DNA of 64,000 nt, taken from the NCBI GenBank assembly GCA_963827235.1, contig CAWHAE010000016.1, positions 480,001-544,000 of the forward strand, in the 5' to 3' direction. Made by a program: the position numbers and the translations under genes. This stretch comes from an uncultured bacterium (GTDB lineage: Bacteria > Chloroflexota > UBA5177 > JANWHV01). Below the pieces are notes generated by a model that saw only the letters and a program-made list of their open reading frames with translations, did not search any database and was not told the DNA's origin. The stretch's first letter is position 1, and each line of letters opens with the position of its first letter. Of the stretch, positions 9,217-19,637 are shown in pieces.

Positions 9217-10422
9217 CTAGTCGACCGCCAGAGCTGCAGCGCCCGCGGCAGTCTCGGCGCGCGCAACCGGCTTGCGGTACAGCATCCAGGCGATTACAAC
9301 CATCACCACGCCCGAAGGAACCGACAGGGCGAGCGCGGCGCGCGCATCGGCGAACTGGACCAGCACTCCTCCAATCCATGGTATCACCGCCCCAAACACG
9401 ACGGCAGCGGCGATAAGCAAACCGGCTACGCTACCTGCTGCCTCCGGGTAGACTTCGCCGGCAGCAGCCATGATGAGAGGGAAGATGGCCGCGTAGCCAA
9501 GGCCGCTCGCCGTGAGAGCGACCAGGGCGATCGCGGCGTTCGGCGCTGCCACCAGGACGCAACACGCGGCAAGCGAGAACACGCATGTCCAGACGAGCAT
9601 CGCTTTGCCGCTCAGCCAGCGGCTGGCATACGCCGACAGCAGCCTGCCCACTGCAAGCCCTCCCCAGTACAAACTCAGCGACGTGGCGGCGAAGACCTTG
9701 CCCAGACCGTGTACGTCCTGCAGATAGGCTGCCGACCAGTCGCCCAGCAGAACCTCGGCGCCCACGTAGACGCCTGTCAGCATGCCCAACGGCAGAATTG
9801 ATGGACTGAGCGCCAGCCTGGCGACACTGCGGGCGTCGATCTTGTGTGCCCGCTGGCGAGGCCCGGGCATGGGCGCGCGGGCATACATGACGATCAGCAC
9901 CAGCGCCGCAAGAGATGCCAGGGCAAAGGCAGCACGCCAGCCGACGTGCGAGGCGAGGAAGGCACCGATGAGCAGCGGGCCGAGAAGCGCGCCAAAACCA
10001 AAGAAGGCGTGCAGCATGCTCTGCTCTCGCGGCAGTGCCTCCGGCGTCGAGATGTCTATGATGAGAGCATTTGAGCCGCTGTCCACGACACCGCTTCCCA
10101 GACTTACGACGCAGAGGCTGAGCGCCACCAGTGCCCAGGCCGGCGCAACCGCCACCAGGGCCAGCCCGGCACACAGCACCAAAGCGCCCGCGCGCAACAG
10201 AAGACCTCGGCTCCAGCGGTCTCCCGCGGGACCGCCCACGAGCACCGCCACGACGTAGCCGATGCTCGAGGCCAGAAACAGCACACCGGACTGCGATGGA
10301 GTGGCATGGAAGTCGGAGAGGATAGGTAGCATCGCCGGACCCAGCAGAGTGCCCGAAATGCCGAGCACGACGAAACCCCAATAGGCAGATGGGCGCAACA
10401 TATTCACGTCACTCTCTCGCAT
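9217..10422 (-). CDS. MFS transporter
   Basis: About 12 TM segments, motif-A-like GPAGDRWSR. Confidence 0.9.
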   Translation of the reverse strand: MRESDVNMLRPSAYWGFVVLGISGTLLGPAMLPILSDFHATPSQSGVLFLASSIGYVVAVLVGGPAGDRWSRGLLLRAGALVLCAGLALVAVAPAWALVALSLCVVSLGSGVVDSGSNALIIDISTPEALPREQSMLHAFFGFGALLGPLLIGAFLASHVGWRAAFALASLAALVLIVMYARAPMPGPRQRAHKIDARSVARLALSPSILPLGMLTGVYVGAEVLLGDWSAAYLQDVHGLGKVFAATSLSLYWGGLAVGRLLSAYASRWLSGKAMLVWTCVFSLAACCVLVAAPNAAIALVALTASGLGYAAIFPLIMAAAGEVYPEAAGSVAGLLIAAAVVFGAVIPWIGGVLVQFADARAALALSVPSGVVMVVIAWMLYRKPVARAETAAGAAALAVD

Positions 10423-10612
10423 GTCACGATGCAGCGAACCGATCGCGAATATGCGCTTCGATGGTCATACGCCAAGATCTCTCGCCCGATTGCCGAGTCC
10501 GTGAGTCCCGACGCCAGCAGCAGGCCATCAGGAGTCCGCCGCGCGCTGCCCGTCCTCTAGGATAGCAAACGTCGGAGGCGCGAATAGCCCAGCCCGCCTC
10601 AATCGCTTTCCG

Positions 10613-11362
10613 CTAGGCGTCGTTGGAGCGCAGGTGCCTGGCTACCGAGGGCAGCTCGGTCAGACTGTCTATTACCGCGTCCGGCACCGGCGATCCGGCC
10701 CCCGCCTCCTCCGCGCGAAATTCTCGCGTGAGAACCGTCCTCATTCCCAGTAACTGCGGTCCGCTCACGTCCTCGCGCAGGCGATCGCCGACGAACAGGG
10801 TGTCCGCGGCGGGAATGCCCAGGGACAGCAGCACAGTCTCGTAGATGCGAGGGTGCGGCTTGCGCACTCCCACTTCGGAGGAGAGCACGACGACGTCGAA
10901 AAGATCGAGCAAACCCAGGCGATCGAGATCCTCGCGGACGAAGTCACCGTGCGCCGTGATGTTGGACACCATGCCGAGCCGAAAGCCATCGTTCCTGAGA
11001 GTCCGCAAGGCGGCGAGATTCTGTGGCGACACATACAGCTCGGCCGTGAGCGCTTCGTGCTCGAGCTGGGCAATGCGCCGGACCAGATCCGTTGGAAGAT
11101 GCAAATCGAGATCGGCGAACAGGGCGGCAAACTCGGCAAGCACGTCGAGCTCCTCGAGCTCGCGCCGGAGATAGCTCTCGTTAATCCGAGCGGCCAGCCG
11201 CATTGACACTGAATCGACCAGATCCGCCGCTGTTGGCAGCTCGCCCGCCGCGTGGTTCAGAAGCAGCGCGTGTACCTCCTCGTATGTTGCCAACAGCGCT
11301 CGCTCACTGAGCGCGTAGTCCACGATCGTGTGACCGAAGTCGAGAACGACTGCCTCCAGCAC
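10613..11362 (-). CDS. HAD family hydrolase
   Basis: Motif I LDFGHT, MVSN, RKPHPRIY, VGDRLRED; GTG start after AAGGAG. Confidence 0.88.
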   Translation of the reverse strand: MLEAVVLDFGHTIVDYALSERALLATYEEVHALLLNHAAGELPTAADLVDSVSMRLAARINESYLRRELEELDVLAEFAALFADLDLHLPTDLVRRIAQLEHEALTAELYVSPQNLAALRTLRNDGFRLGMVSNITAHGDFVREDLDRLGLLDLFDVVVLSSEVGVRKPHPRIYETVLLSLGIPAADTLFVGDRLREDVSGPQLLGMRTVLTREFRAEEAGAGSPVPDAVIDSLTELPSVARHLRSNDA

Positions 11363-11375
11363 AAGAACTCCTTCA

Positions 11376-11530
11376 ACACGTTGCGGCGTGTACCCAAATG
11401 GCAGCCTTCCGGGCGGGCGACCGAGAAGGCACGTGCTCCGCGCGGGACCGAGTCCACCTCTACATTCGAGTGGCGGGCAGCTGCCTGTCGCAGGTAAGGC
11501 CGCGAGCGTCTCCTGGCTCAACCGACCACC
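11376..11530 (-). ncRNA. Candidate structured leader RNA upstream of HAD hydrolase
   Basis: 13/14-bp basal stem with four G-U pairs that only form on the minus strand, plus an alternative hairpin. Confidence 0.4.
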
Positions 11531-11549
11531 CGATGCGCGATACCATGCA

Positions 11550-12794
11550 TCAAGCGCGCGCGGCGTCGGGAGTGCTGATGCGCGCCACCACCTCCTCGCG
11601 AAAGCGTGGCAGGGTGAAGTAAAACGTGCTGCCTGCACCGTCGGCGCTCTCGGCCCAGATCCGGCCGCCGTTCGCCTCTACCCAGTTTCGCGCTATGAAC
11701 AGGCCCAGGCCGGTACCCCCCGCCTCTACCGTCCGCGGATTCTCCAGCCGCGTAAATTTCGTGAATAGCTGCTCCACCTGGTCGGCCGGAATACCCACCC
11801 CGCCGTCTCGCACCCCGACCGTGATCTGGTCGGCCCCGTCGACAATGAGGACGCGCACCGCGCCGCCGTCATAGGAATACTTGAGCGCGTTGCTCATCAA
11901 GTTGACGAAGACCTGCTCGGTATGTTGGGGGTCGGCGTAGGCGACGGCGGGATCTGCCCGCTCAATTGCCATGTCGATCTTTCGCCCTTCCGCAGTGACG
12001 GCAAACGTGCGGAGCACACGGTGTACCAGTGGTACAAGCTCGACGCGCTCGCGCTGAAGGCGCACGCGCCCCGATTCGATGCGAGAAGCACTCAGCATGT
12101 CGTCGATCAGGCTCGTGAGGGCGTTCACCTGCGCGTCGATCAGCTGAAGGTACTCTTCCTCAGTGGGCCGATCGAAGCCGAAGTCGTCGCGCCGGAGCAA
12201 CAGATTCGTGAAGCCTTTGATGATCGACAGCGGCGTCCGCAGCTCGTGCGATGCCGTGGCGATGAACTGGCTCTTGAGACTGTCCAGCTCGGTGAGGCGC
12301 TTCACCATGGCCTTCTCGGCTTCATGCAGACGAGCAAGCTCGTCGGTGCGCTGGCGCAGCTTGTCTTCGGTCGCCTTGATGCGCAGCATTACGCGCACCT
12401 TGGCGACGAGCTCGTCCATGTCGAACGGCTTGGTGATGTAGTCGTCGACGCCCTTTGCAAGTCCGACGAGCTTGTCGTCGCGGTGCGCCGCCGCAGTGAC
12501 CATGATCACGGGAAGAAAGTGTGCGCGATCGACACTCTTGATGCGCTCGCACACCTCGAGGCCGTCAAAGTCCGGCAAGGCCCGGTCGAGCAATACCAGA
12601 TCCGGGTGCTGCTCGCTCATGGCGTCGACCGCGTCCTGCCCGTTGAAAGCGGGGATAGGCTCGTAGCCTTCCAGGCTCAAGACCGCGGACAACATCTCGA
12701 CCAGGTCTTCGTTGTCGTCGACAACCAGAATGCGGCCGGAAGATCCGTCCCGAGCAGGGCGCACACGTGATTCCATGGTGTGGGTAGTGTACAC
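11550..12794 (-). CDS. Hybrid REC-HisKA-HATPase sensor kinase
   Basis: ILVVDD/DLVLLD receiver, SHELRTPL H-box, NALKY, GTGLGL. Confidence 0.92.
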   Translation of the reverse strand: MYTTHTMESRVRPARDGSSGRILVVDDNEDLVEMLSAVLSLEGYEPIPAFNGQDAVDAMSEQHPDLVLLDRALPDFDGLEVCERIKSVDRAHFLPVIMVTAAAHRDDKLVGLAKGVDDYITKPFDMDELVAKVRVMLRIKATEDKLRQRTDELARLHEAEKAMVKRLTELDSLKSQFIATASHELRTPLSIIKGFTNLLLRRDDFGFDRPTEEEYLQLIDAQVNALTSLIDDMLSASRIESGRVRLQRERVELVPLVHRVLRTFAVTAEGRKIDMAIERADPAVAYADPQHTEQVFVNLMSNALKYSYDGGAVRVLIVDGADQITVGVRDGGVGIPADQVEQLFTKFTRLENPRTVEAGGTGLGLFIARNWVEANGGRIWAESADGAGSTFYFTLPRFREEVVARISTPDAARA

Positions 12795-12937
12795 TGGCTA
12801 ACGGCCTTCCGTCCTGGAACCGGCGGCTTATGGCTGGTCCTGACGATTGCCGTGCCCTTCGGAGACTAGCGTCCGCCGCGACCGTATGCGGATGGGCGCG
12901 ACGGAAAGTGCGGAACACCGCCTCTGAATGGAGATGC

Positions 12938-13801
12938 ATGACCGCCCTGAGCTGGCGCCGGATGTGGCCCGCGGCAGCCATTCCGATCGTCGGTCTGGGC
13001 GCCGTGTTTGCGTACGGCACCCTGTACGAGCGCCACAATCTGCGCGATCACACGATCGAGATCGACGTTCTTGGGCTACCCAGTGACTTCGACGGGTACC
13101 GGATCGTGCAGCTATCCGACTTTCACATCGGCGGGAACGGCTGGGCGGCCGATACAGTAGCTCGTGCCGTCTCACTGGCCATGGCCAAGCACGCCGACCT
13201 TATCGTTCTGTCGGGCGACTTTGTCGAGTCGACGCCGGGTATCGTCGCCTGTAGAGACCTGCTCAGCCCCTTGAAGGCAGTGGACGGCGTAGTGGCAGTG
13301 CTCGGCAACCACGACTACGCCGACTACTCCGTACGCCTCCAGGCGTTGCTCCAAATGTTGGCCGGTTTGGGAGTACGCGTCCTGCGCAACGAATCAATTC
13401 GCATACGGCGTGGCACATCCGACCTGTGGATCGTCGGCGTCGATGACGGCTACTCGGGTCACGACTACCTGCCGAGGGCCCTAGAAGGCGTACCCGTCGA
13501 CGCGCGGCCTATCGTGATCTCGCACTATCCGGACTCGGCATGGCGGCTTGGACCCGGCCGCTGGGCGGTCGTCTTGAGCGGCCATACGCACGGATCTCAG
13601 GTTCGCCTGCCGCTCGTCGCCCGCTACGCTCGGGAGCGTATCGCCAAGACACGGTTCTCGCACGGACTCTACAGGGTCAATCGCACTCCTTTGTTTGTCA
13701 CCACCGGCGTCGGCACATCGGGCCGGCCGATGCGTGTGTTCTCGCGCCCCGAAGTGGCAACGGTCTTGCTGCACGCCGGGGCCGAATCGCGTGGTTCGTA
13801 G
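12938..13801 (+). CDS. Metallophosphoesterase (YkuE-like)
   Basis: SDFH, GDFV, GNHD, GHTHG motifs; N-terminal TM. Confidence 0.9.
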   Translation: MTALSWRRMWPAAAIPIVGLGAVFAYGTLYERHNLRDHTIEIDVLGLPSDFDGYRIVQLSDFHIGGNGWAADTVARAVSLAMAKHADLIVLSGDFVESTPGIVACRDLLSPLKAVDGVVAVLGNHDYADYSVRLQALLQMLAGLGVRVLRNESIRIRRGTSDLWIVGVDDGYSGHDYLPRALEGVPVDARPIVISHYPDSAWRLGPGRWAVVLSGHTHGSQVRLPLVARYARERIAKTRFSHGLYRVNRTPLFVTTGVGTSGRPMRVFSRPEVATVLLHAGAESRGS

Positions 13802-13854
13802 TCCACGCGCCGAGTCCGGTTGGTCGTCGCGGGGCGAGGTGATGGTCGGGGAAA

Positions 13855-15375
13855 ATGGCAGTTGTTGAGCAGCCTGGTAGGCCCGACCTGACCGGCGGAG
13901 CGACCACTCCGCCGGCATCGCCCGGGAGGCGGCGCACCTCGACGAGCAAGTCGCTCTTCCTGCTGCTCTTCGTCATGTACGCATATTTCATCCCCCGGGG
14001 CGTCATGGCTAACTCGGACAGTCATCTCGCCCTGACCTACTCACTCGTAGAGTCCGGTACGCTGAGAATTGATCGCTTTGCCGCTAACCCGGATCTGATC
14101 GACAAGTCGGTCTATTGCGCGGACAACACCATGGCTGGCTGCACGCACTATTACACAGACAAAGCTCCCGGGCTCAGCCTCCTTGCGGCCGTTGTCTACC
14201 TACCCTTGCACTATGTGCTGCCAGCATCGATGATGCCGGCCTCTCCCACCGGGGATCGCTTCCTTCTTCGCTACATGTTGACACTGCTCGTCATTTCATT
14301 CCCTTGCAGCCTGTTCGCGCTTGCGTTCTGGCGGTTTCTGGCCCGCATCACCACAGCCCGTTGGGCTATGATGCTCACGATCGGCTACGCGTGCGGCACT
14401 ATAGCCATGCCCTTCTCGATGCTCCTGTTCAGCCACGCTCTGAGCGCGGCTTTCCTGTTCTCCACCTTCATACTGCTGTATAAAGCCGTGTCGCCGGACG
14501 GTACGACTCAGCCGATGTTGCCGGCCCTGGCCGGGCTGCTGGCCGGGTTGGCGGTCAGTGAGGAATATCCTACCGCAATCATTGCCGCTATACTTGGCCT
14601 CTACACCCTGACGGCTCGAGGGCGGTGGCCTCGCGCGGCCGGGTACACGATTGGCGTCGTACTGGGAATCTGTCCGGCCCTGGCTTACAATCTGGCCGCG
14701 TACGGCTCGCCGCTTGCTTTCGGGTACGCCCATCTCACCGACCCGTACTACGCGGCCGGTATGAGCAGAGGCATTCTGGGCGTGTCCACTCCCAGTCTCG
14801 ACGCACTGTGGGGTACCACGTTCAGCCCGTTCAGGGGCTTGTTCGTGCTCTCGCCCTGGCTCCTGCTCGCGGCTCCCGGCTGGATCGAGATGTGGCGGCG
14901 CGGCGTACGCCGCGAGGCCGCGCTCTGTGGAGCCGTCGCGGCAGCGTACTTCGTCTTCCAGATCAGCTACACGTTCTGGAATGGAGGCGCAAGCGTAGGT
15001 CCACGACATTTTCTCCCGGCACTGCCATTCCTGATCGTGCCGATCGCCTTCGTGGAACGGAGGCGCACGCTTTGCCGCGCCGGCACCGTGCTAATCTGCT
15101 ACTCAATCGCGATCCTGACCGCCGTCGTGGCCACGAACCCACTGTTTGGCGATCCCCGCTACGTGCCGGGACTCTACAATCCGCTCGTCGACCAAACCCT
15201 CCACGATCTGCAGGCGGGCCACTGGCAGAATACCTGGGCCATGCTCTTCGGTCTGCGAGGCGTGTTTGCGCTCGTCCCGCTGGCGATTTTCGCGGTCGTC
15301 TGCGCGCGGCGCATCCTGCGTGCGCTGGCGGACGACACTTTACAGAAACTTTACACCCCGGCAACGAGACGGTAA
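13855..15375 (+). CDS. Polytopic membrane protein, GT-C-fold glycosyltransferase-like
   Basis: Many TMs, acidic first loop, YTDKAPGLS, GPRHFLP. Confidence 0.65.
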   Translation: MAVVEQPGRPDLTGGATTPPASPGRRRTSTSKSLFLLLFVMYAYFIPRGVMANSDSHLALTYSLVESGTLRIDRFAANPDLIDKSVYCADNTMAGCTHYYTDKAPGLSLLAAVVYLPLHYVLPASMMPASPTGDRFLLRYMLTLLVISFPCSLFALAFWRFLARITTARWAMMLTIGYACGTIAMPFSMLLFSHALSAAFLFSTFILLYKAVSPDGTTQPMLPALAGLLAGLAVSEEYPTAIIAAILGLYTLTARGRWPRAAGYTIGVVLGICPALAYNLAAYGSPLAFGYAHLTDPYYAAGMSRGILGVSTPSLDALWGTTFSPFRGLFVLSPWLLLAAPGWIEMWRRGVRREAALCGAVAAAYFVFQISYTFWNGGASVGPRHFLPALPFLIVPIAFVERRRTLCRAGTVLICYSIAILTAVVATNPLFGDPRYVPGLYNPLVDQTLHDLQAGHWQNTWAMLFGLRGVFALVPLAIFAVVCARRILRALADDTLQKLYTPATRR

Positions 15376-15728
15376 CCTGCAAAACCTACCATGCAAATCA
15401 GGAGGTCCGAGGCAAACCGGCCAGCCGCACCAAGAAGCGAGGAAGTGCTCGATCAGGGGTTGCCCTGGGTACGACCGACCTGACTGGGATTGAGCGAAGC
15501 CGGAACATTTGCTCGGCGGCCTCCAAGGCAGGTAGAGCACTCGAGTCGCGTGCAGGAGCGTTGGCCGACACTCAAGCACGAACTCGCAGACCGCTCCGCC
15601 TGGACCCCGCAACGTGGTGGACGAGTACGAGGAAAGCAGATCGGGCGGCCGGCCCGCTGGGCTCTACTCCAGACCGCGCGTCGATGCTCGGATGACCGGG
15701 CCGCGCGATCGTCGTTCGCCTCCGAGAA

Positions 15729-15774
15729 AGAAGAACTCCCCTGATGAAGTGAGGGTCACCAGGGGAGTTCTTCT
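15729..15774. terminator. Strong hairpin, probable bidirectional terminator
   Basis: AGAAGAACTCCCCTG...CAGGGGAGTTCTTCT 15-bp perfect inverted repeat. Confidence 0.65.
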
Positions 15775-15841
15775 GCGTCTACAGGCCCATGCACGCGAGA
15801 TTCCCCTTAACCGCGCAGGAATCCCTATAATAGGGGAGCGC

Positions 15842-16747
15842 ATGATCGTGCCGTTGCGATTTGTCCGGATGGAAGCAGTGGTGAGCACACAACCCCTCAA
15901 CCGAACCATACGTGAGTGCCTTGCGAGGATGGTAGCCACGGGCGCGCCTCCGCTGCTGGACACGCCTTTCAACGCCGCCGGCTTCCGGGTCGTGCTGGCC
16001 CGTAACCGCGTGCGAGGCACCGACGACGCCCTTGGCATGTTCTCGATGCGCGCTCCGACGAGCGTGTCACACCACATCTGGTCCAGCCGCGTCATCTGTC
16101 CCGGTCTCTCGGATGCCGACTCCGATGTGTTCCGCGAGGAGATCGAGGCGATCCTGTTCCGATACCTCAATCCGCTCGACGTGCTTCCCAGCCGCGAGCG
16201 GACGATCTGGTTGCTCAGTGAGACCGAGCAGAACCAGCTGGCCCGAGTCATGGCGCTGCCCTTCGAGGAGGAGCTCGACTACATCTTCATGACAGGATCC
16301 AACTCTCAGTGGACTGGGCCGGTGCGCGGCCTGCACAAGACGATGGCCACGCTCGTGCAGATTCTCAGCAGACATCCGGACTTCGTGACCGGAAAGGCAG
16401 TCTGCCGAGCTCCGGTCAGCTTCATCTTCCTCGGCGACGTGCAGAGCGTCGAGCGGGCACCATCAGCAGGTATCAGCGTGGACGGGCGGGCATCCCCCAT
16501 TCGCGGTCTGTTCGCGGTCGACACCGCCAGCTACATGGACGCGTTGGTGCAGCTCGGGGAAGAGGAGGCGCGCACCCTGGCCGCCGTCGAGTTTGCGTTT
16601 GGGGGTACCTGCATCCGCGCTCAGGGGCCCCTGGGCATTCCCATTTATCGGATTCCCCATGCCATTCACGCGGACGCCGTGCGCAGCATTACCATAGTAG
16701 ATGGTAATCGCGTGACCTTCGACGTACAGGCCAGTCCGTCTGCGTGA
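15842..16747 (+). CDS. Hypothetical protein
   Basis: Long ORF with GC3-biased codons; TATAAT and GGGGAG immediately upstream. Confidence 0.75.
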   Translation: MIVPLRFVRMEAVVSTQPLNRTIRECLARMVATGAPPLLDTPFNAAGFRVVLARNRVRGTDDALGMFSMRAPTSVSHHIWSSRVICPGLSDADSDVFREEIEAILFRYLNPLDVLPSRERTIWLLSETEQNQLARVMALPFEEELDYIFMTGSNSQWTGPVRGLHKTMATLVQILSRHPDFVTGKAVCRAPVSFIFLGDVQSVERAPSAGISVDGRASPIRGLFAVDTASYMDALVQLGEEEARTLAAVEFAFGGTCIRAQGPLGIPIYRIPHAIHADAVRSITIVDGNRVTFDVQASPSA

Positions 16748-16883
16748 GTCTCCGTCGCGGCGGTCGCTCGCGGGCGATGCCTGCGCTGCACTGCAGAAGG
16801 ACGCGGTTATAGCCGATGATCACGTATGGAAGTCGCTGAGATGTTCGGTGGTGACCGGCTCTGCGGCAAGTGGAGGGCTGTAG

Positions 16884-19619
16884 GTGGTGTGCGAGGCTGA
16901 TCGTAGACGGGCGGCGGCCGATCCGATCAAACGCCTCTCCGCGATGAGCCGCATAGCGTTGCGCATCTGCGAGCACCCGGACCTCTACGAACTGTGCATG
17001 CTCGTCTATCAACGGATTCGCGATCTCATGGCGGTAGATGCCTTCTACGTGGCGTTGGCGGAGAAGCAGTCCGAAGGTCTACACGGCCTGCTCGTGCTGC
17101 ACGACGGACGCGAGTATCCGCCGCAGAGCCTCTACGTCCCGGCGCACGAGCGGGCCGCGGACCCAGCGCCGGTCTTCCTGAGCCAGCTTCAGCTCGAGCA
17201 GCAGGTCGCCCTCGGTAGCGGCAGGCCGCCGCGAAGCGGATTGCAGTGTGCGATGCGCTCCGGAGGCAAGCTGCTTGGACAGGTGACGGTGCTCAGTCGG
17301 GAGCCGGACGCGTACACGCTCGACGATGCTCAGTTCCTCCAGGCAATAGTCGATCAGCTCAGCACTGCCGTTGAACGCGATAGATACCAGTCGGAAGCGG
17401 AGTCTCGAGAGGCCGAGCTACAGACGCTGCTCGATAGCGAGCATCGCGTTCACGATTCGATGTCCGTCGACTTCGCACTCCGCGAACTGGCGCACGGGCT
17501 GTTGCACGTGTCCAGAGCCGACGGCGTGATCGTGACGCTCTGGGATGCCTCCACCGACGAAGGAATCCCGGCGGCCTATGCGGCGGCACCGGGAGTCACG
17601 CTGCAGGGCCTGCTGAACGCAGTGTCGCGCCAGGCGATGCGGGGAACGATCGAGGAGCTGAGCGCGGGCGCGGCGGTGGTCCACAGCAGCAAAGGGCCGA
17701 CGACTCCGCGCTGGCCGGACACCGACGGGTGGAACTCCCTGCTCACGCTGCCCCTGATCGTGGAGCACGACTGGCTGGGCATCGTCGAGGTGGGAAGCAA
17801 GAACCAGGACTTTGCCTTCACTGAGCACATCATAGCCACCTGCCGCGTCGTGATCCAGCAGGCCGCAGTCGGCATATACCACGCCAGGCTCTCCGAGCAC
17901 GCGGTCGAGCGCACGACCTGGCTCTCGGGTCTTGCGGCATTCACCGAGACTCTCAACAACGCGCCGGACGATCTCGAAGTCGTGCTGCAGCTGATCTGCG
18001 ACGAAGCACGCCAACTGTTGTCGATGAGCCACACCTCGCTGTTTCTCCTCGGCTCCTCCGAACAGTCGCTCGTGCTTCGCGCACGCAGTGGGGTACCCGA
18101 TCTGTTGAGCGTCGGCCAGCAGATTCCGCTCGACGGGACTATCTCCTTGACCGCACGCGCCATCAAGGAGCGACACCTGATTATCGACACGAGCGCCAAC
18201 AGAAATGCGCTCGGGCAGGAACAGGAACCCTCGGCGACCGCGCTGGAGGTGGGCAGAGCCAAGAGCGTGATCGCGGCGCCCATGCGGCACAACGGAATCA
18301 GCCTCGGGGCACTTCTGTTCTCCGATCGACGCTTTCGCAAGGGCTTCCAATCCGAGGAAATCCGGCTCGCTTTGGGCATCGCGGAGCAAGCCGCGGCAGC
18401 CGTGGCCCGATCGCAGATACGCGCGGCGGAGCAGGAGCGGTTGCAGATCGCCTCTGCTCTGGGCCGGATTAGCGCCAGCATTGGTGCAGAGGAAGATCCC
18501 GGCGAGACCTTCAAGCTGATACTGCGGGAAGCGGAGACGCTGATCGGCTACGATCAGGCCGGCATCTATCTGTTCGACGGCTCGCACCTGACTACGGCAG
18601 CGGCGAAAGGACTGAATCCCTCCAAGCTGCCGCAGACCGTGTCGCGGACCTGGCGCGAGTCAGGTGTGCTCGATCTGGACGACTGCATGCGCGACCCATC
18701 GTTGATGCGCGTACTGGGGCCCGCGCGCACCGCCGATCTGCTCAGCGTGCCGCTGCTGGTAGATGGATCGGTGGCCGGGCGCCTTACATTGGCGTCCTCC
18801 CGCGCCGGAAGATACGAAGCGCATCAGACACACCTCGCCACGCTGCTGGCAGAGACCACTGCGCACCTGCTCACCGTCATGCGACTGCGCGAGGCTCAGA
18901 AGGAGACCATGGCCAAGCTGGTCGAGCTTGACGAGATGCGACGAGACTTCGTGGCCACCGTATCGCACGAGCTCAGAACTCCGCTGACCGGCATCCTCGG
19001 TTATGTCGAGCTTATGCTCAGCCGCTGGGATAGCCTCGACGACGGCCGACGCAAAGAAATGCTGCATCGCACCCAGAGCTCGGCTACCCGCCTGGAGCAC
19101 CTGGTCAAGGACCTGCTGCTGTTCTCCAACGTGGAGCACCAGGCGTTGAGGCTGGACATCTCAAACTATGCGGTGGACATGCTCATCGAGCAGGCTGCCG
19201 AGGTTATGCGCACCAAGTACCGCGGGCAGGAGCTAGACATCAAGCACGCCGACGAGCCGGCGCGCGTTCGAGTGGATGCGCAGCGAGCAGTTCAGGTCGT
19301 GACCAACGTGCTCGACAATGCGATCAAGTACTCTCCCGTCGGGAGCATGGTGCACGTACGCTGGAAGATTCACCGCCATGACGTCGAGATCATCGTGCGC
19401 GACCACGGTCCCGGGATAAGCCCAGAAAGCATGAGCCGGCTGTTCACACGTTTCGGCACGCTCGGCCACCAGCCGAGGCCCGGACAGGTTGGCTCGGGCA
19501 TCGGCCTGTACATTTGCAAGAAGCTGGTCGAGGCGATGAACGGCAAGATCTGGGCTGCCAGCCAGCCCGGTCACGGCAGCTCGTTCCACTTCACCCTGCC
19601 GCGCTGCCCGGACCCGTGA
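16884..19619 (+). CDS. Multi-GAF sensor histidine kinase
   Basis: About four GAF-like repeats, SHELRTPL, NAIKY, GSGIGL. Confidence 0.92.
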   Translation: MVCEADRRRAAADPIKRLSAMSRIALRICEHPDLYELCMLVYQRIRDLMAVDAFYVALAEKQSEGLHGLLVLHDGREYPPQSLYVPAHERAADPAPVFLSQLQLEQQVALGSGRPPRSGLQCAMRSGGKLLGQVTVLSREPDAYTLDDAQFLQAIVDQLSTAVERDRYQSEAESREAELQTLLDSEHRVHDSMSVDFALRELAHGLLHVSRADGVIVTLWDASTDEGIPAAYAAAPGVTLQGLLNAVSRQAMRGTIEELSAGAAVVHSSKGPTTPRWPDTDGWNSLLTLPLIVEHDWLGIVEVGSKNQDFAFTEHIIATCRVVIQQAAVGIYHARLSEHAVERTTWLSGLAAFTETLNNAPDDLEVVLQLICDEARQLLSMSHTSLFLLGSSEQSLVLRARSGVPDLLSVGQQIPLDGTISLTARAIKERHLIIDTSANRNALGQEQEPSATALEVGRAKSVIAAPMRHNGISLGALLFSDRRFRKGFQSEEIRLALGIAEQAAAAVARSQIRAAEQERLQIASALGRISASIGAEEDPGETFKLILREAETLIGYDQAGIYLFDGSHLTTAAAKGLNPSKLPQTVSRTWRESGVLDLDDCMRDPSLMRVLGPARTADLLSVPLLVDGSVAGRLTLASSRAGRYEAHQTHLATLLAETTAHLLTVMRLREAQKETMAKLVELDEMRRDFVATVSHELRTPLTGILGYVELMLSRWDSLDDGRRKEMLHRTQSSATRLEHLVKDLLLFSNVEHQALRLDISNYAVDMLIEQAAEVMRTKYRGQELDIKHADEPARVRVDAQRAVQVVTNVLDNAIKYSPVGSMVHVRWKIHRHDVEIIVRDHGPGISPESMSRLFTRFGTLGHQPRPGQVGSGIGLYICKKLVEAMNGKIWAASQPGHGSSFHFTLPRCPDP

Positions 19620-19637
19620 ATCCGCAGTGGGCGGCGT

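Noticed and set aside
11412-11530. Canonical cobalamin riboswitch
   Set aside because: Motif words are out of order and the AGGGAA/CGGTG core is absent
15741-15775. CTGATGA hammerhead ribozyme core
   Set aside because: No GAAA after a stem II; the motif sits inside a terminator-like hairpin
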